The notes under the pieces: model-generated
Told to the model about the DNA's origin: nothing
The model's database searches: none
What the model saw: only the letters and a program-made list of their open reading frames with translations
In this document: one piece after another, positions 1 through 8,646 of the stretch
How the letters are laid out: each line of letters starts with the position of its first letter
How positions within the stretch are numbered: the stretch's first letter is position 1
Source of the DNA: Clostridiales bacterium
Lineage (GTDB): Bacteria > Bacillota > Clostridia > Peptostreptococcales > Anaerovoracaceae
Length of the DNA stretch: 44,770 nt
Assembly: GCA_012511395.1 (NCBI GenBank)
Contig: JAAZGD010000057.1
Coordinates: forward strand, 1 to 44,770
Direction: 5' to 3'
Translations under genes and position numbers: made by a program

Positions 1-1
1 A

Positions 2-45
2 AAGAGAAGCTTTAAAGGCTTCTCTTTTTCTTTTCTTTTCTTTTA
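2..45 (+). terminator. Rho-independent terminator of an upstream, off-window gene
   Basis: Perfect 9-bp stem AAGAGAAGC (2-10) / GCTTCTCTT (18-26) with a 7-nt loop, followed by the T-rich run TTTTTCTTTTCTTTTCTTTT. Confidence 0.6.
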
Positions 46-86
46 ATTTGATGTAGATTCAAAGTAGAAAGGAAAGGGCATTTAAG

Positions 87-830
87 ATGATAATTGAAAA
101 TATTTATGAAATAGCCAAAGGTAGGCTTAAAGGGAAAAAGCTTGATAGAGTTTTAATAGGCATCTCTTTACTTTGTACATCCTTAGATGATGGCACCATA
201 GGTGTAACTTACGTTTTAAGAAATGAGATAGATGGTGTATGTGGCTCTCTTCCAGAGGGGAATATGGTAGGAATGGAAGGTGCTTACTTAGGCTCATTAG
301 CAGTGGAAGGAGACAATGTGCTTTCAAGAACCTTAGGACTGTCTGTTATTAATTCTCAAGAAAGGGTGAATAGGGACTTTCTTTATACTGATGAAGATGC
401 AGTAACAGCAGCTGATTTAAGAAAGGAAGATGTGGTAGGAGTAGTAGGTCATATTGGGCCTGTAATTATGAGAGCAACTGGCCTTGTAAAGGAGATACTG
501 GTCTTTGAAAGGGATGAAAAGAAAGAAGGGTTTGATACTGACTTAGAAGAACTAAAAAGGTGCGATGTAGTATTTATTACTTCTGCAACATTTGTAAATA
601 ATACTTTAGAGGAGGTTTTAGAAAAAGTTGGGAATCCAAGAGAAGTGGTTTTAGTAGGTTCCACCACTCCCTTATATCCTGAAGCCTTCACGAAAAGCAA
701 GGTTACCATGCTGTCAGGGACAAGATGGTTACCTGAATATAAAGAGGAAATCTTTAATGAAGTAGGCCAAGGTGCCTGTATGCGTCAGCTGATCAAAAGA
801 GGGGAAAAGGTTACCATAAAAATAAAGTAA
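87..830 (+). CDS. DUF364-type protein (putative metal-chelation / Rossmann-like domain)
   Basis: 247-aa ORF with an AAAGGAAAGGG SD-like stretch upstream. The N-terminal part and the C-terminal Rossmann-like segment (VVGVVGHIGP..., DVVFITSATFVNNTLEE) look like the DUF4213/DUF364 architecture. This is a family call from memory only. Confidence 0.55.
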   Translation: MIIENIYEIAKGRLKGKKLDRVLIGISLLCTSLDDGTIGVTYVLRNEIDGVCGSLPEGNMVGMEGAYLGSLAVEGDNVLSRTLGLSVINSQERVNRDFLYTDEDAVTAADLRKEDVVGVVGHIGPVIMRATGLVKEILVFERDEKKEGFDTDLEELKRCDVVFITSATFVNNTLEEVLEKVGNPREVVLVGSTTPLYPEAFTKSKVTMLSGTRWLPEYKEEIFNEVGQGACMRQLIKRGEKVTIKIK

Positions 831-945
831 CAAGGGAGCTGTAAATAGTGTTGTTACGTTACAAACAAAATGTATAATGGTCATAACTATAAGGTGATGT
901 GTCATTTAAGTATGTTGAGGAGCTTTTGTAAAAGGAGGGATTTTT

Positions 946-2502
946 ATGAGAACTAAATTGACCGAAAATACAAAACCCGGTAAACGCTTTCTAGTATTTC
1001 TTATTATTGGCCTATTGATTTTCAGCTTTTCAGCTTGTGGCGGAGGGGCTGTTGAATCAAAAGGGAATATGGCAGTTACTGTGGAAAGGGAACTTGGACC
1101 TGAAGCTCTAAAAATTGCTAATGAAGCTACAGCTATGGCTCTTAGACAGTATGTTTATGCAAGGCTTTTAACTGAAGACTATATTGAACAAGATATCTCA
1201 AACATAACTATGAAGGACTTGTCTTTAAAGATAGACAACCTTCTCCTTGCCTGGCAGAACGCTGAAAGCTTTTCTAAAAATGCTATGGACCTTACAGAAA
1301 GAGCAGTTATGGTTTTGGAAATGACAACAGGCAAACAGGAATCGCTTGCAAAGTGGTATTTAGGTAAGTCTTTCTTTCCTATAGCCTATGGTGCTGAAAG
1401 AGATGTGGATATCCAAACGTGGGCAGAAGACTTAACGGATCAATTCGATGCTTTAAGGGGAGCTAATAGATACCAGCAGTTAGCTAAGCAGCTTGGAACA
1501 GATACTAAAACTGCTGTTGAACGGATGAATATGGCACAGAAAATAATTATAAATGCAGCAGAACTGGAAGAGGCTCAAGCAGTTGTAAATGCATATACTG
1601 ATAGCATTAATTATCTCACCGCCATTAAAACCACCAGCAAGGTAGCTATGGTTGGATGGAGCATGGCGGCAACAGGCGGAGCAAGCGTGGGTTTACTTGA
1701 AGGGGCAGGCCTTGTTGTAGGAGGTGCTGACTGTATAGTAGAGGTTTATGAAACAGGCAGCACTATCGTACTTGGAGAGGACCATAAGGTAACAACAGCA
1801 TTTTCAGATATAAAAGAAAAGATGGCGCCTGTGTCTGCTATTATAGGCCTTGTTACTTTGGATCCAAAGGCTGTTGGTAAGACTGCAAAGGATACAGTAG
1901 ATACCTTAGCCTATGTAACAGATTCACTGCTTGATTTTATATATGAAGATAAAATTATAGGCATTAAAATAGAAGGAGTATCAAAAGATGCTGTTACTAT
2001 GGGTGCCGATGTATTTGAGATAGGAGATGAAGAAGCACTTTTAGCTTCGGGCTTTGTTTTTCCTGAAACTGAAAAGACTATATCTCAAGTAGTGGAATCT
2101 TGGGAGCCGGACGCTTCTATGGTTATGGATCGTATGGAGAAATTGGATTCACAGATGGTAGGGCTTGAGAATAAAGTGTCTGGGCTTACTAGTGGAAAGA
2201 TAAATATTTCAGGAATCTATACGCAAGTAAGTACTAATAATTATGATGATGAAGAAGATATTGCAGTTGTAAAGCTGGAGGTTTCAGGAAATATTGTCAA
2301 TGTTACTGATGAAGATGGAGAAGTAACAGCTGTGAATTACGATCCAAGAAACAATACCATATCATATAAGGAAGGTGATACGGATTATAAAATGAAGTTT
2401 ACAAGAGAAGATGGTACTGTAGTTGGAAATGGTTATATGAAAACTGTTATATGGGGCATGCCCGTTGAACTGACTGTGGTAATGACAAAAACTTCAGACT
2501 GA
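946..2502 (+). CDS. Lipoprotein of unknown function
   Basis: Strong SD (AAAGGAGGG, 7 nt before the ATG). It has a signal peptide with lipobox FSFSAC-GGG. I recognise no catalytic motif. Confidence 0.75.
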   Translation: MRTKLTENTKPGKRFLVFLIIGLLIFSFSACGGGAVESKGNMAVTVERELGPEALKIANEATAMALRQYVYARLLTEDYIEQDISNITMKDLSLKIDNLLLAWQNAESFSKNAMDLTERAVMVLEMTTGKQESLAKWYLGKSFFPIAYGAERDVDIQTWAEDLTDQFDALRGANRYQQLAKQLGTDTKTAVERMNMAQKIIINAAELEEAQAVVNAYTDSINYLTAIKTTSKVAMVGWSMAATGGASVGLLEGAGLVVGGADCIVEVYETGSTIVLGEDHKVTTAFSDIKEKMAPVSAIIGLVTLDPKAVGKTAKDTVDTLAYVTDSLLDFIYEDKIIGIKIEGVSKDAVTMGADVFEIGDEEALLASGFVFPETEKTISQVVESWEPDASMVMDRMEKLDSQMVGLENKVSGLTSGKINISGIYTQVSTNNYDDEEDIAVVKLEVSGNIVNVTDEDGEVTAVNYDPRNNTISYKEGDTDYKMKFTREDGTVVGNGYMKTVIWGMPVELTVVMTKTSD

Positions 2503-2528
2503 GCAAGCTTAATTTAAAAATCCTAGAC

Positions 2529-2798
2529 TCATCTCGTAGATACTCGGTATGTAGGAAAAAATAAGAGTCGCTGCATCTTTAATTTGATGCAACGGCTCAT
2601 TTTCATAAGGAATTCTGCCAAAAGGAACGGGACTGTCTTCATTTTCTGTAAGGGACGCAGGCAGATAAATTTTAGGCGAATAATACCCATAACAAAGGGC
2701 GTTTCTAAATGCTCCGAAAGATAGATACTATCTCTTTCATGAACAGCATTTTTGTAAGTCCATAAGTGAGAAAATGTATTTACTTTCCAAATCCACAT
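2529..2798 (-). pseudogene. Decayed fragment of an M56 (BlaR1/MecR1-type) sensor-peptidase gene
   Basis: The ORF reads ...IYLSEHLETPFVMGIIRLKF.... A 1-nt frame change at that point gives PKIYLPASLTENED..., the typical M56 segment SPFxxGIIRPKIYLP. There is no N-terminal TM region and no intact HExxH. It overlaps the 3' end of the MoeA-like gene. Confidence 0.35.
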
Positions 2799-3796
2799 TT
2801 AGGATATGTGCATACTTCACAGTCCATGCAGAGGCCTCCGTGGGCTAGCCTTTTAACGTCGCCTCTTGTTACGTGTTCACCTGCTAAAAGTCTTGGGACA
2901 ATTAAATCGAATATGCTGGTTCTTGAGTACATGACGCAACCCGGTAATCCTACTACAGGAACATTATCAATATAGGCTAGCATGAACATGGCACCGGGTA
3001 ATACAGGCGCTCCATATATTACTATATGGCCTCCAGCTGCTCTTATGCCCGATGGCGTTCTATCATCTGGATCTACTGACATACCTCCTGTAACACCTAT
3101 TATTTCTGCGCCTTCTTCAATTAAAAGTTTAATTTTTTCGCTTATCATTTTTACATCGTCGTCAGCGAAGTATTGTTTAAAAACTTCACTTCCTAAATCT
3201 TTAAACTTTTTATCTAGGACAGGGCCGAATTTATCTTCAATTCTTCCTGAATATACTTCGCTGCCAGTTGTGACTAGACCTACTTTCATTTTCTTTAAAG
3301 GCTTTACTTGAATAAGGGTTCCTTCTTCTAAGGTTTTTTCTGCAGCTTCCACAACACCTGGGTTTACGAAAAGTGGGATAACTCTTGTGCCTGCCAGCTT
3401 ATCACCTTTTTTAACTAATTGATTTTCCTTAATAGAAGCAAACATTATATCGTCTTGCTCAATTAAGTGGCCAAGAAGATCCACATTGATCTTAAGTAAT
3501 CCATCTATATCAGCAAAAATTTCCACTTTACCTTCAGAAGGTCCTTTTAAGGTAACCCCTGAACCACAAGCTGCTTTGGCTATTCTTAAAGCTGCTTCAT
3601 CCTCATGGATATCCTGGTCTTCCTTTTCCACCACATAAAGATGCTGCTTCCCCATGGAGAGAAGGACAGGAATATCCTCTTCCTTTATAACGTGGCCTTT
3701 TTTAAAGCGAGGCCCTTTATATTCACCTGGGAGTATTTGAGTTATGTCGTGGGCAAGAACAGTACCTATTGATTTTTCAACTTCGATTTCCTTCAT
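2780..3796 (-). CDS. MoeA-like molybdopterin-binding protein (MoeA N/linker part plus MoCF-binding domain, Cys-rich C-terminus)
   Basis: 338 aa. The MoCF_biosynth-type segment is VGLVTTGSEVYSGRIEDKFGP...IGVTGGMSVDPDDRTP. The C-terminal motif is GGLCMDCEVCTYPKCGFGK. It is the last gene of the mod-xdhC operon, with a 3-nt gap to the upstream gene. Confidence 0.7.
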   Translation of the reverse strand: MKEIEVEKSIGTVLAHDITQILPGEYKGPRFKKGHVIKEEDIPVLLSMGKQHLYVVEKEDQDIHEDEAALRIAKAACGSGVTLKGPSEGKVEIFADIDGLLKINVDLLGHLIEQDDIMFASIKENQLVKKGDKLAGTRVIPLFVNPGVVEAAEKTLEEGTLIQVKPLKKMKVGLVTTGSEVYSGRIEDKFGPVLDKKFKDLGSEVFKQYFADDDVKMISEKIKLLIEEGAEIIGVTGGMSVDPDDRTPSGIRAAGGHIVIYGAPVLPGAMFMLAYIDNVPVVGLPGCVMYSRTSIFDLIVPRLLAGEHVTRGDVKRLAHGGLCMDCEVCTYPKCGFGK

Positions 3797-3799
3797 CTT

Positions 3800-4996
3800 T
3801 TAATGTCCTTTCGAAAATGATAATATGGCCAGACTTCCCTTTGGAAGGTGCAGCCTGTTTTTTTCTTCTAAATTCATACCCAAGAAGAAGGTAATTATTG
3901 CTTCCATTATGCCTTTATGACATACAAGCACAATGTCCCGCTCTTCATTCAGATATTTTACCAGACTCTTTAAAGCTCTGTATCGTAAATCATAAAAGTT
4001 CTCGCCGCCGTGACCTTTCCATGTTAAGGTGTTGTTTCCTCTGTCCTGGTAATCGTTGGGATAGCGGGTTTTAATGTAGGATATGGTTTCTCCATCCCAG
4101 GAGCCTAAATTAATTTCACGAAAGCCCCTGTCCGTTATGAAGTCACCTTCACCTGCGATTATCTTCATGGTATCTACGGCTCTTTTTAAGTCGCTTGATA
4201 TATACAAGGGGTTTTCAAGACTCTGTTGTCCCAGGGTTTCCTCGATTCTTTCGCCTTGTTTTCTCCCTTTATCATTAAGGTCCACATCGTACTGACCTAT
4301 GAAAACCTTTTCCCTGTGCTGTACAGTTTCTCCGTGGCGGACAAGATACAAGGTATTTGAAAACTTGTCAAATGTTGATTCAAAGGGTTGAGGTATATAT
4401 TTTTGGAGAAGTTCATAATCTTCTTTTTCATCCATATCAAGAAGCACACCTTCGTTGTTTACAGGCACTCTTATCATCATATCTTTATTTTCGTAAAACC
4501 TGGTTATTTCCTTTAAGCCTGCTTTTCCTGTATTCGATATAATCAAGGGTACTGCGGCCCGGGGGATTAAAAGAGGATGACCTTTTTTCCCCATGAAAAC
4601 AGGGACAGCAAAGGAGTTTTTATCCTCTTTCCATGCTTCATGAAGCTTTAAATATTCATCCTTCGTAACAAGAGGATAATCTACGGGTAAATATAGTATG
4701 CCTTCTGTTTCCTCGTAAAGATGAGCCATAATATAGTTAAGGCCTGAAAGGAGGGAGGAATACATGCCCTTTTGAAAATCTTCATTATGGACAAGGTGAA
4801 CTGAATTTCCCAAAAGATTTTTGATGTCTTCGCTTTCATAGCCTGTTACGACTACAATTTTTTCCAACCCTGCGTCTTTCATGGTATTTATTTGTCTTAT
4901 AATCAAGGGCTCTCCCTGAAAGGGTAAAAGGGGTTTAAAAGCTTCCATTCTGCTGCTGAAGCCTGCCGCAAGGATCAGCCCTGTCATCTTTTTCAT
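3800..4996 (-). CDS. Fusion protein: MobA/MocA-like NTP transferase (N-terminal) plus histidine phosphatase / phosphoglycerate-mutase-family domain (C-terminal)
   Basis: The N-terminus GLILAAGFSSRMEAFKPLLPF...VVVTGY is the MobA-like nucleotidyltransferase signature. From about residue 213 it reads LYLVRHGET...GENF...LVCHKG, the RHG and second-His motifs of histidine phosphatases. It abuts the xdhC stop. Confidence 0.75.
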   Translation of the reverse strand: MKKMTGLILAAGFSSRMEAFKPLLPFQGEPLIIRQINTMKDAGLEKIVVVTGYESEDIKNLLGNSVHLVHNEDFQKGMYSSLLSGLNYIMAHLYEETEGILYLPVDYPLVTKDEYLKLHEAWKEDKNSFAVPVFMGKKGHPLLIPRAAVPLIISNTGKAGLKEITRFYENKDMMIRVPVNNEGVLLDMDEKEDYELLQKYIPQPFESTFDKFSNTLYLVRHGETVQHREKVFIGQYDVDLNDKGRKQGERIEETLGQQSLENPLYISSDLKRAVDTMKIIAGEGDFITDRGFREINLGSWDGETISYIKTRYPNDYQDRGNNTLTWKGHGGENFYDLRYRALKSLVKYLNEERDIVLVCHKGIMEAIITFFLGMNLEEKNRLHLPKGSLAILSFSKGH

Positions 4997-5821
4997 TTAA
5001 AGATCCTCCATTAGCGACCTTATCTTAATCATTTCTGCCGTAATGCTGACAGCTATTTCTTCGGGGCTTTTACCGCCTATGGGAAGGCCTATGGGAGAAT
5101 GGACTTTATCCAGCTCCTCCTGGGTAAAGCCATCCTTTAAAAGTCTGTCATATATGCCCTTGACCTTTGATTTGCTTCCAATCATCCCGATATAGGCATG
5201 GTCTCTTTTTAAAGCTTGTTTTAACACCTCATAATCTCCCTGATGACCTCTTGTTACGATTACTATGAAGGAAGTTTTACAGGTTGTGATTTGTGAAAAA
5301 GAATCTTCAAAGGAAGGTATAAGGATTACATCTTTGGATAAAGGAAAGAGTTCCTTATCTGCATACTCTTCCCTGTCATCCACCATAACAGTATCAAAGG
5401 ACACATATCTTAAAAGAGGCTCCAAACTTCTTCCTATGTGGCCGCAGCCGAAAATATAGCTTGTGAAATTCAAGCGAAAGCTATTAAGAAAATCTTCTCC
5501 CTTGTCGTGAGGGTAGTATTGGAAATGGACGAAAGCCGTGCCGCCGCACTGCATATCAAGGCCTTTTGATTCATCTTCAGTTAAGGTGAATTCTTCCACA
5601 TGAGGTTCGGATCTGTCGAAAAAATCCAAGGCCATCTTTTGAATCAGCCCCTCAAGGGCACCGCCCCCCACAGTTCCGGCACAGCTGCCGTCTCTTGCCA
5701 TAACAAGAAACGCACCTCTTTTTCCCGGGGATGAACCCAGTGTGTCCGTAATCTCCGCTATTACAAAAGCCTTGTCTTCTCTGACAAGGTCCTTAACAAA
5801 ATCCGTTGCTTTCTTTTTCAA
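4997..5821 (-). CDS. xdhC: XdhC/CoxI-family molybdenum-cofactor insertion chaperone
   Basis: 274 aa. It has an N-terminal XdhC_CoxI-like segment (GSSPGKRGAFLVMARDGSCAGTVGGGALE) and a C-terminal Rossmann segment (IFGCGHIGRSL...VMVDDREE). Confidence 0.8.
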   Translation of the reverse strand: MKKKATDFVKDLVREDKAFVIAEITDTLGSSPGKRGAFLVMARDGSCAGTVGGGALEGLIQKMALDFFDRSEPHVEEFTLTEDESKGLDMQCGGTAFVHFQYYPHDKGEDFLNSFRLNFTSYIFGCGHIGRSLEPLLRYVSFDTVMVDDREEYADKELFPLSKDVILIPSFEDSFSQITTCKTSFIVIVTRGHQGDYEVLKQALKRDHAYIGMIGSKSKVKGIYDRLLKDGFTQEELDKVHSPIGLPIGGKSPEEIAVSITAEMIKIRSLMEDL

Positions 5822-5835
5822 AGTTAGTACCCCTT

Positions 5836-6513
5836 TCAGGATTGGGAGTTTGACAGAACTCCTTTTTTCATCATGTATACCGTATCGCCCAACAGTTCTC
5901 CTTCCTTCCTGTTATGGGAAACTAGGATTGAAGGGATCTTAAAGGTCTCTTTTATAAAGAGAAACTCTTTGTACATGGTTTCTTTAGTGTCTTCATCAAG
6001 AGCAGAAAAAGGTTCATCAAGGAGAAGAAGGGAGGGCTTGGTAACAATAGCTCTGGCAAAGGCTATTCTCTGTTTTTCACCTCCCGAGGTTTCCCCCGGC
6101 CTTCTGTTTTCAAGGTGAAGAATTCCCAAAGTCTCCATGGTGTTTTTTGCTTATTCCAGTTTTTCCGCTCCCGTTAGGCCAAGCTTCTCTTTATTCTGAT
6201 TAATAATACCATACATAATGTTATCAAGGACAGTCATGTGAGGAAAGAGATGGTAATTTTGAAATACATATCCTATATCCCTTCTTTTTACAGGGATATC
6301 AATTTTCTTACCGCCCTCCGTTTTTTTATAAAGCACTTTGTTCTCAAGGCTAATTTCACCTCTGTCGGGAACAAGAAGACCTGCTATTAGATTCAAAAAA
6401 GTGGTTTTCCCGGAACCGGAGGCGCCTTGAATAACGGTGACTCCTTCAAGGAATTCACCTTCACATTTTAGATTGAATGTTCCAATATTCTTTTCCACAT
6501 TGAAATACAACAT
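5836..6513 (-). pseudogene. modC: Molybdate ABC transporter ATPase ModC interrupted by an in-frame TAA
   Basis: ORF 6151-6513 carries Walker A ([16 protein letters not shown]). ORF 5836-6138 carries the signature and Walker B ([13 protein letters not shown]...[12 protein letters not shown]). Both lie in the same reading frame and are separated only by TAA (6151-6153) plus 4 codons. Confidence 0.8.
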
Positions 6514-6533
6514 AGTTTTTCTTGTTTCCTTTT

Positions 6534-7196
6534 TTACAGTCTGAAATCTTTTTTCTTTAGGTACATGTTCATGAGAAAGATCAGCAGAAAGCTGAAAACA
6601 GTCATTAACACCACCAGCTGCTGAGCAAGAGGGGAGTTTCCCGACTGAACCGCATAATATATGGCTGTTGGAATAGTTTGAGTCTTGTTTGGAATATTCC
6701 CGGCCACCATAAGAGTGGCGCCGAATTCACCAAGAGCCCTTGCAAAGGTCAAAGCTATTCCGCTTATGATCCCGGGATAGGAAAGGGGGAGCAGCACGGT
6801 GAAGAAAATCTTCACTTCCCCGCTTCCAAGGGTTCTGGCTGCTTTTTCATAGGATGGATCCACAGACAGAAAGGCGGCTTTGGCATTCTGATACATTAAG
6901 GGTAAGGCCACTACTGAAGAGGCTATGACGCAAGCCCCCCAGGTGAACACCACCTGAAGATGGAAGTTTTCCAAAAGGAGCATGCCTAAAGGCCCCCTTT
7001 TGCCAAACAGGTAAAGAAGAATGTAACCTGTTACAGAAGGGGGCAATATCAGGAGAAGAATAATCAATGTTTCAAAAAAGTTTTTAAAAGGCACAGAGCG
7101 CTTAGTTAGAAAATAGGCGATTAAGGTGCCTGTTATAAAGGCTATAAAGGTGGCGACAATGGCCACCTTTACAGACAATAGTATTGGAGTCCACAT
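6534..7196 (-). CDS. modB: Molybdate ABC transporter permease
   Basis: 220 aa and multi-TM. It has the EAA-type loop [23 protein letters not shown] typical of ModB/CysTW permeases, and sits between modA and modC. Confidence 0.85.
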   Translation of the reverse strand: MWTPILLSVKVAIVATFIAFITGTLIAYFLTKRSVPFKNFFETLIILLLILPPSVTGYILLYLFGKRGPLGMLLLENFHLQVVFTWGACVIASSVVALPLMYQNAKAAFLSVDPSYEKAARTLGSGEVKIFFTVLLPLSYPGIISGIALTFARALGEFGATLMVAGNIPNKTQTIPTAIYYAVQSGNSPLAQQLVVLMTVFSFLLIFLMNMYLKKKDFRL

Positions 7197-7212
7197 GATG
7201 GTATCCTTTTTA

Positions 7213-7980
7213 TTAAATTACATCGAAGCTGTAGGATTCAAGTATTTCTTTTGCGTCATCGGTTTTTAGAAACTCAAGAAAGGCCACAGCCATTTCCTGA
7301 TTATCACCCTCATTAAGAGCGGCTACAGGATAAACTATAGGCTTATGTGAATCAGCAGGAAAATTCTCAACCACTGCCCCTGTCTTTAAAAGAACAGCAT
7401 CTGTAAGATACACAACTCCGCAGTCCACATTGCCTGAATCAACGTACTCAAGAACGGCTCTTACATCCTTTGCATAGATTACCTTGCTTTCAAGGCCGTC
7501 CCACAGGCCTAAGGAAGTGAGAGCATCAAAAGCATATTGACCTGCAGGAACACTTTCTGGTTCTCCTATGGCTATACTATCTACTTCTGAAAGATTGGCT
7601 AATGTAATATCATTCATTTTCTCAGAAGAAGCTATAAGGGTAAGAGTGTTTCTGATAAGGTCTTCTCTTGTGTCTTCAATAAGAAGGTCCTCCTCCTCTA
7701 AAGCATCCATATGGCTTTTGGAAGCTGAGATAAATACATCACAGGGTGCACCCTCAAGGATCTGAGTTTTTAAGGAGCCGGAGCTTCCGAAGTTAAATTC
7801 AATCTTTACATTGTGCTCCGACTCAAAGAGAGCGGCAATGTCAGTCAGGGCATCGGTAAGGCTTGCGGCTGCAGACACGCTTAATACTGTTAACTCTTCC
7901 TCCTGTGGGGTATCAGAGCAGGCAGAAAAAGAAAACAGGACAAGTAAAATCAGCATTGCATAAATCAGGAATCTTTTCAT
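7213..7980 (-). CDS. modA: Molybdate-binding lipoprotein
   Basis: Signal peptide with lipobox FSFSAC. The ModA-like motifs are SAAASLTDAL and FNFGSSGSLKTQILEGAPCDVFISAS. I placed the start at MKRFLIY (7980) rather than the longest ORF (8013). Confidence 0.85.
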   Translation of the reverse strand: MKRFLIYAMLILLVLFSFSACSDTPQEEELTVLSVSAAASLTDALTDIAALFESEHNVKIEFNFGSSGSLKTQILEGAPCDVFISASKSHMDALEEEDLLIEDTREDLIRNTLTLIASSEKMNDITLANLSEVDSIAIGEPESVPAGQYAFDALTSLGLWDGLESKVIYAKDVRAVLEYVDSGNVDCGVVYLTDAVLLKTGAVVENFPADSHKPIVYPVAALNEGDNQEMAVAFLEFLKTDDAKEILESYSFDVI

Positions 7981-8033
7981 AACAAACCTCCAAAGTATAT
8001 AGAAACTAACCAAAACTAACTAAACCCAACTGA

Positions 8034-8088
8034 AATGATTATAATCCAAGATAAAATCATTGTCAATAATCTAGATTTAGATTAGAAT
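8034..8088. promoter_or_regulatory. Operator-like repeats overlapping face-to-face divergent promoters (candidate molybdate-responsive operator)
   Basis: An inverted repeat AATGATT (8034-8040) N14 AATCATT (8055-8061) spans the -10 to -35 region of the mod promoter. A perfect 10-bp palindrome AATCTAGATT lies at 8068-8077, followed by a second TAGATT. On the plus strand, TTGTCA (8060-8065), a 17-nt spacer and TAGAAT (8083-8088) would serve the regulator gene. Confidence 0.45.
8038..8066 (-). promoter_or_regulatory. Consensus sigma-A promoter of the modABC-xdhC-NTP transferase-moeA-like operon
   Basis: On the minus strand it reads TTGACA (8061-8066), a 17-nt spacer, then TATAAT (8038-8043). Confidence 0.7.
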
Positions 8089-8124
8089 GAAATAGGATAC
8101 CCTTGATTGTGAAAGGATAAAGCT

Positions 8125-8646
8125 ATGGAAGAAGTGCTGTATACTCCCGAGGAACTGGCAGAAAAATTAAAGCTGTCAAAGTATACCATCTACGAAATGA
8201 TTAAAAGAAATGAAATAGAGGCTCATAGAATAGGCAGATCCTTGCGTATTTCAGAAGGGCAGCTTCAGGATTATCTCATAAGAACAAGAGCCAAAGAAAA
8301 TACCTTTGACGGTCATATAGAATTTGAAAAGGGAATTCAGTACGGGGTAATAAGAGATGTAAAAATCGCTGTTAATACAGACCTTGAAGGCAAGGTAAGA
8401 ATATACATTAAGCCTGAAGATATAATTTTAAGCAGAGGTACATTTGTAAGCAGTGCAAGAAACATGCATTACGGCAAAGTCCTGGACCTTATGTATGATG
8501 ACAGACTGGCGAAGCTTATTTTAGATATAGGGATTCCTCTGGTAGTATTAATAACAAAAAGATCTTTGGATGAGATGGAGATAAAGATAGGTGACTATCT
8601 CTATGCCGTTTTTAAAACCATGTCAGTGAAGGTTACAAAGAGATAG
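8125..8646 (+). CDS. Excisionase-type HTH plus TOBE (Mop-like molybdate-binding) transcriptional regulator
   Basis: The N-terminus LYTPEELAEKLKLSKYTIYEMIKRNEIEAHRIGRSLRI matches an HTH_17/MerR-like excisionase-family HTH. The C-terminus NMHYGKVLDL...LVVLITKRSLDEMEIKIGDYLYAVFKTMSVKV is TOBE-like. It is divergent from modA. Confidence 0.7.
   Translation: MEEVLYTPEELAEKLKLSKYTIYEMIKRNEIEAHRIGRSLRISEGQLQDYLIRTRAKENTFDGHIEFEKGIQYGVIRDVKIAVNTDLEGKVRIYIKPEDIILSRGTFVSSARNMHYGKVLDLMYDDRLAKLILDIGIPLVVLITKRSLDEMEIKIGDYLYAVFKTMSVKVTKR

Noticed and set aside
25-45. (CTTTT)n-like short tandem repeat
   Set aside because: It has only about four imperfect units, and they form the U-tract of the terminator at the window start. 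There is no evidence of a functional microsatellite.
6151-6153. Stop-codon recoding (selenocysteine or pyrrolysine) in modC
   Set aside because: The codon is TAA, not TGA or TAG. The position is a variable linker region of ABC ATPases, so a nonsense mutation or a sequencing error is the simpler reading.
8014-8124. Moco (molybdenum cofactor) riboswitch upstream of modA or of the oxidoreductase (12061-12281)
   Set aside because: Both regions are short once promoters are placed. They are AT-rich and lack the GC-rich multi-helix junction expected for the Moco RNA motif. Regulation looks protein-based (TOBE regulator plus operators).
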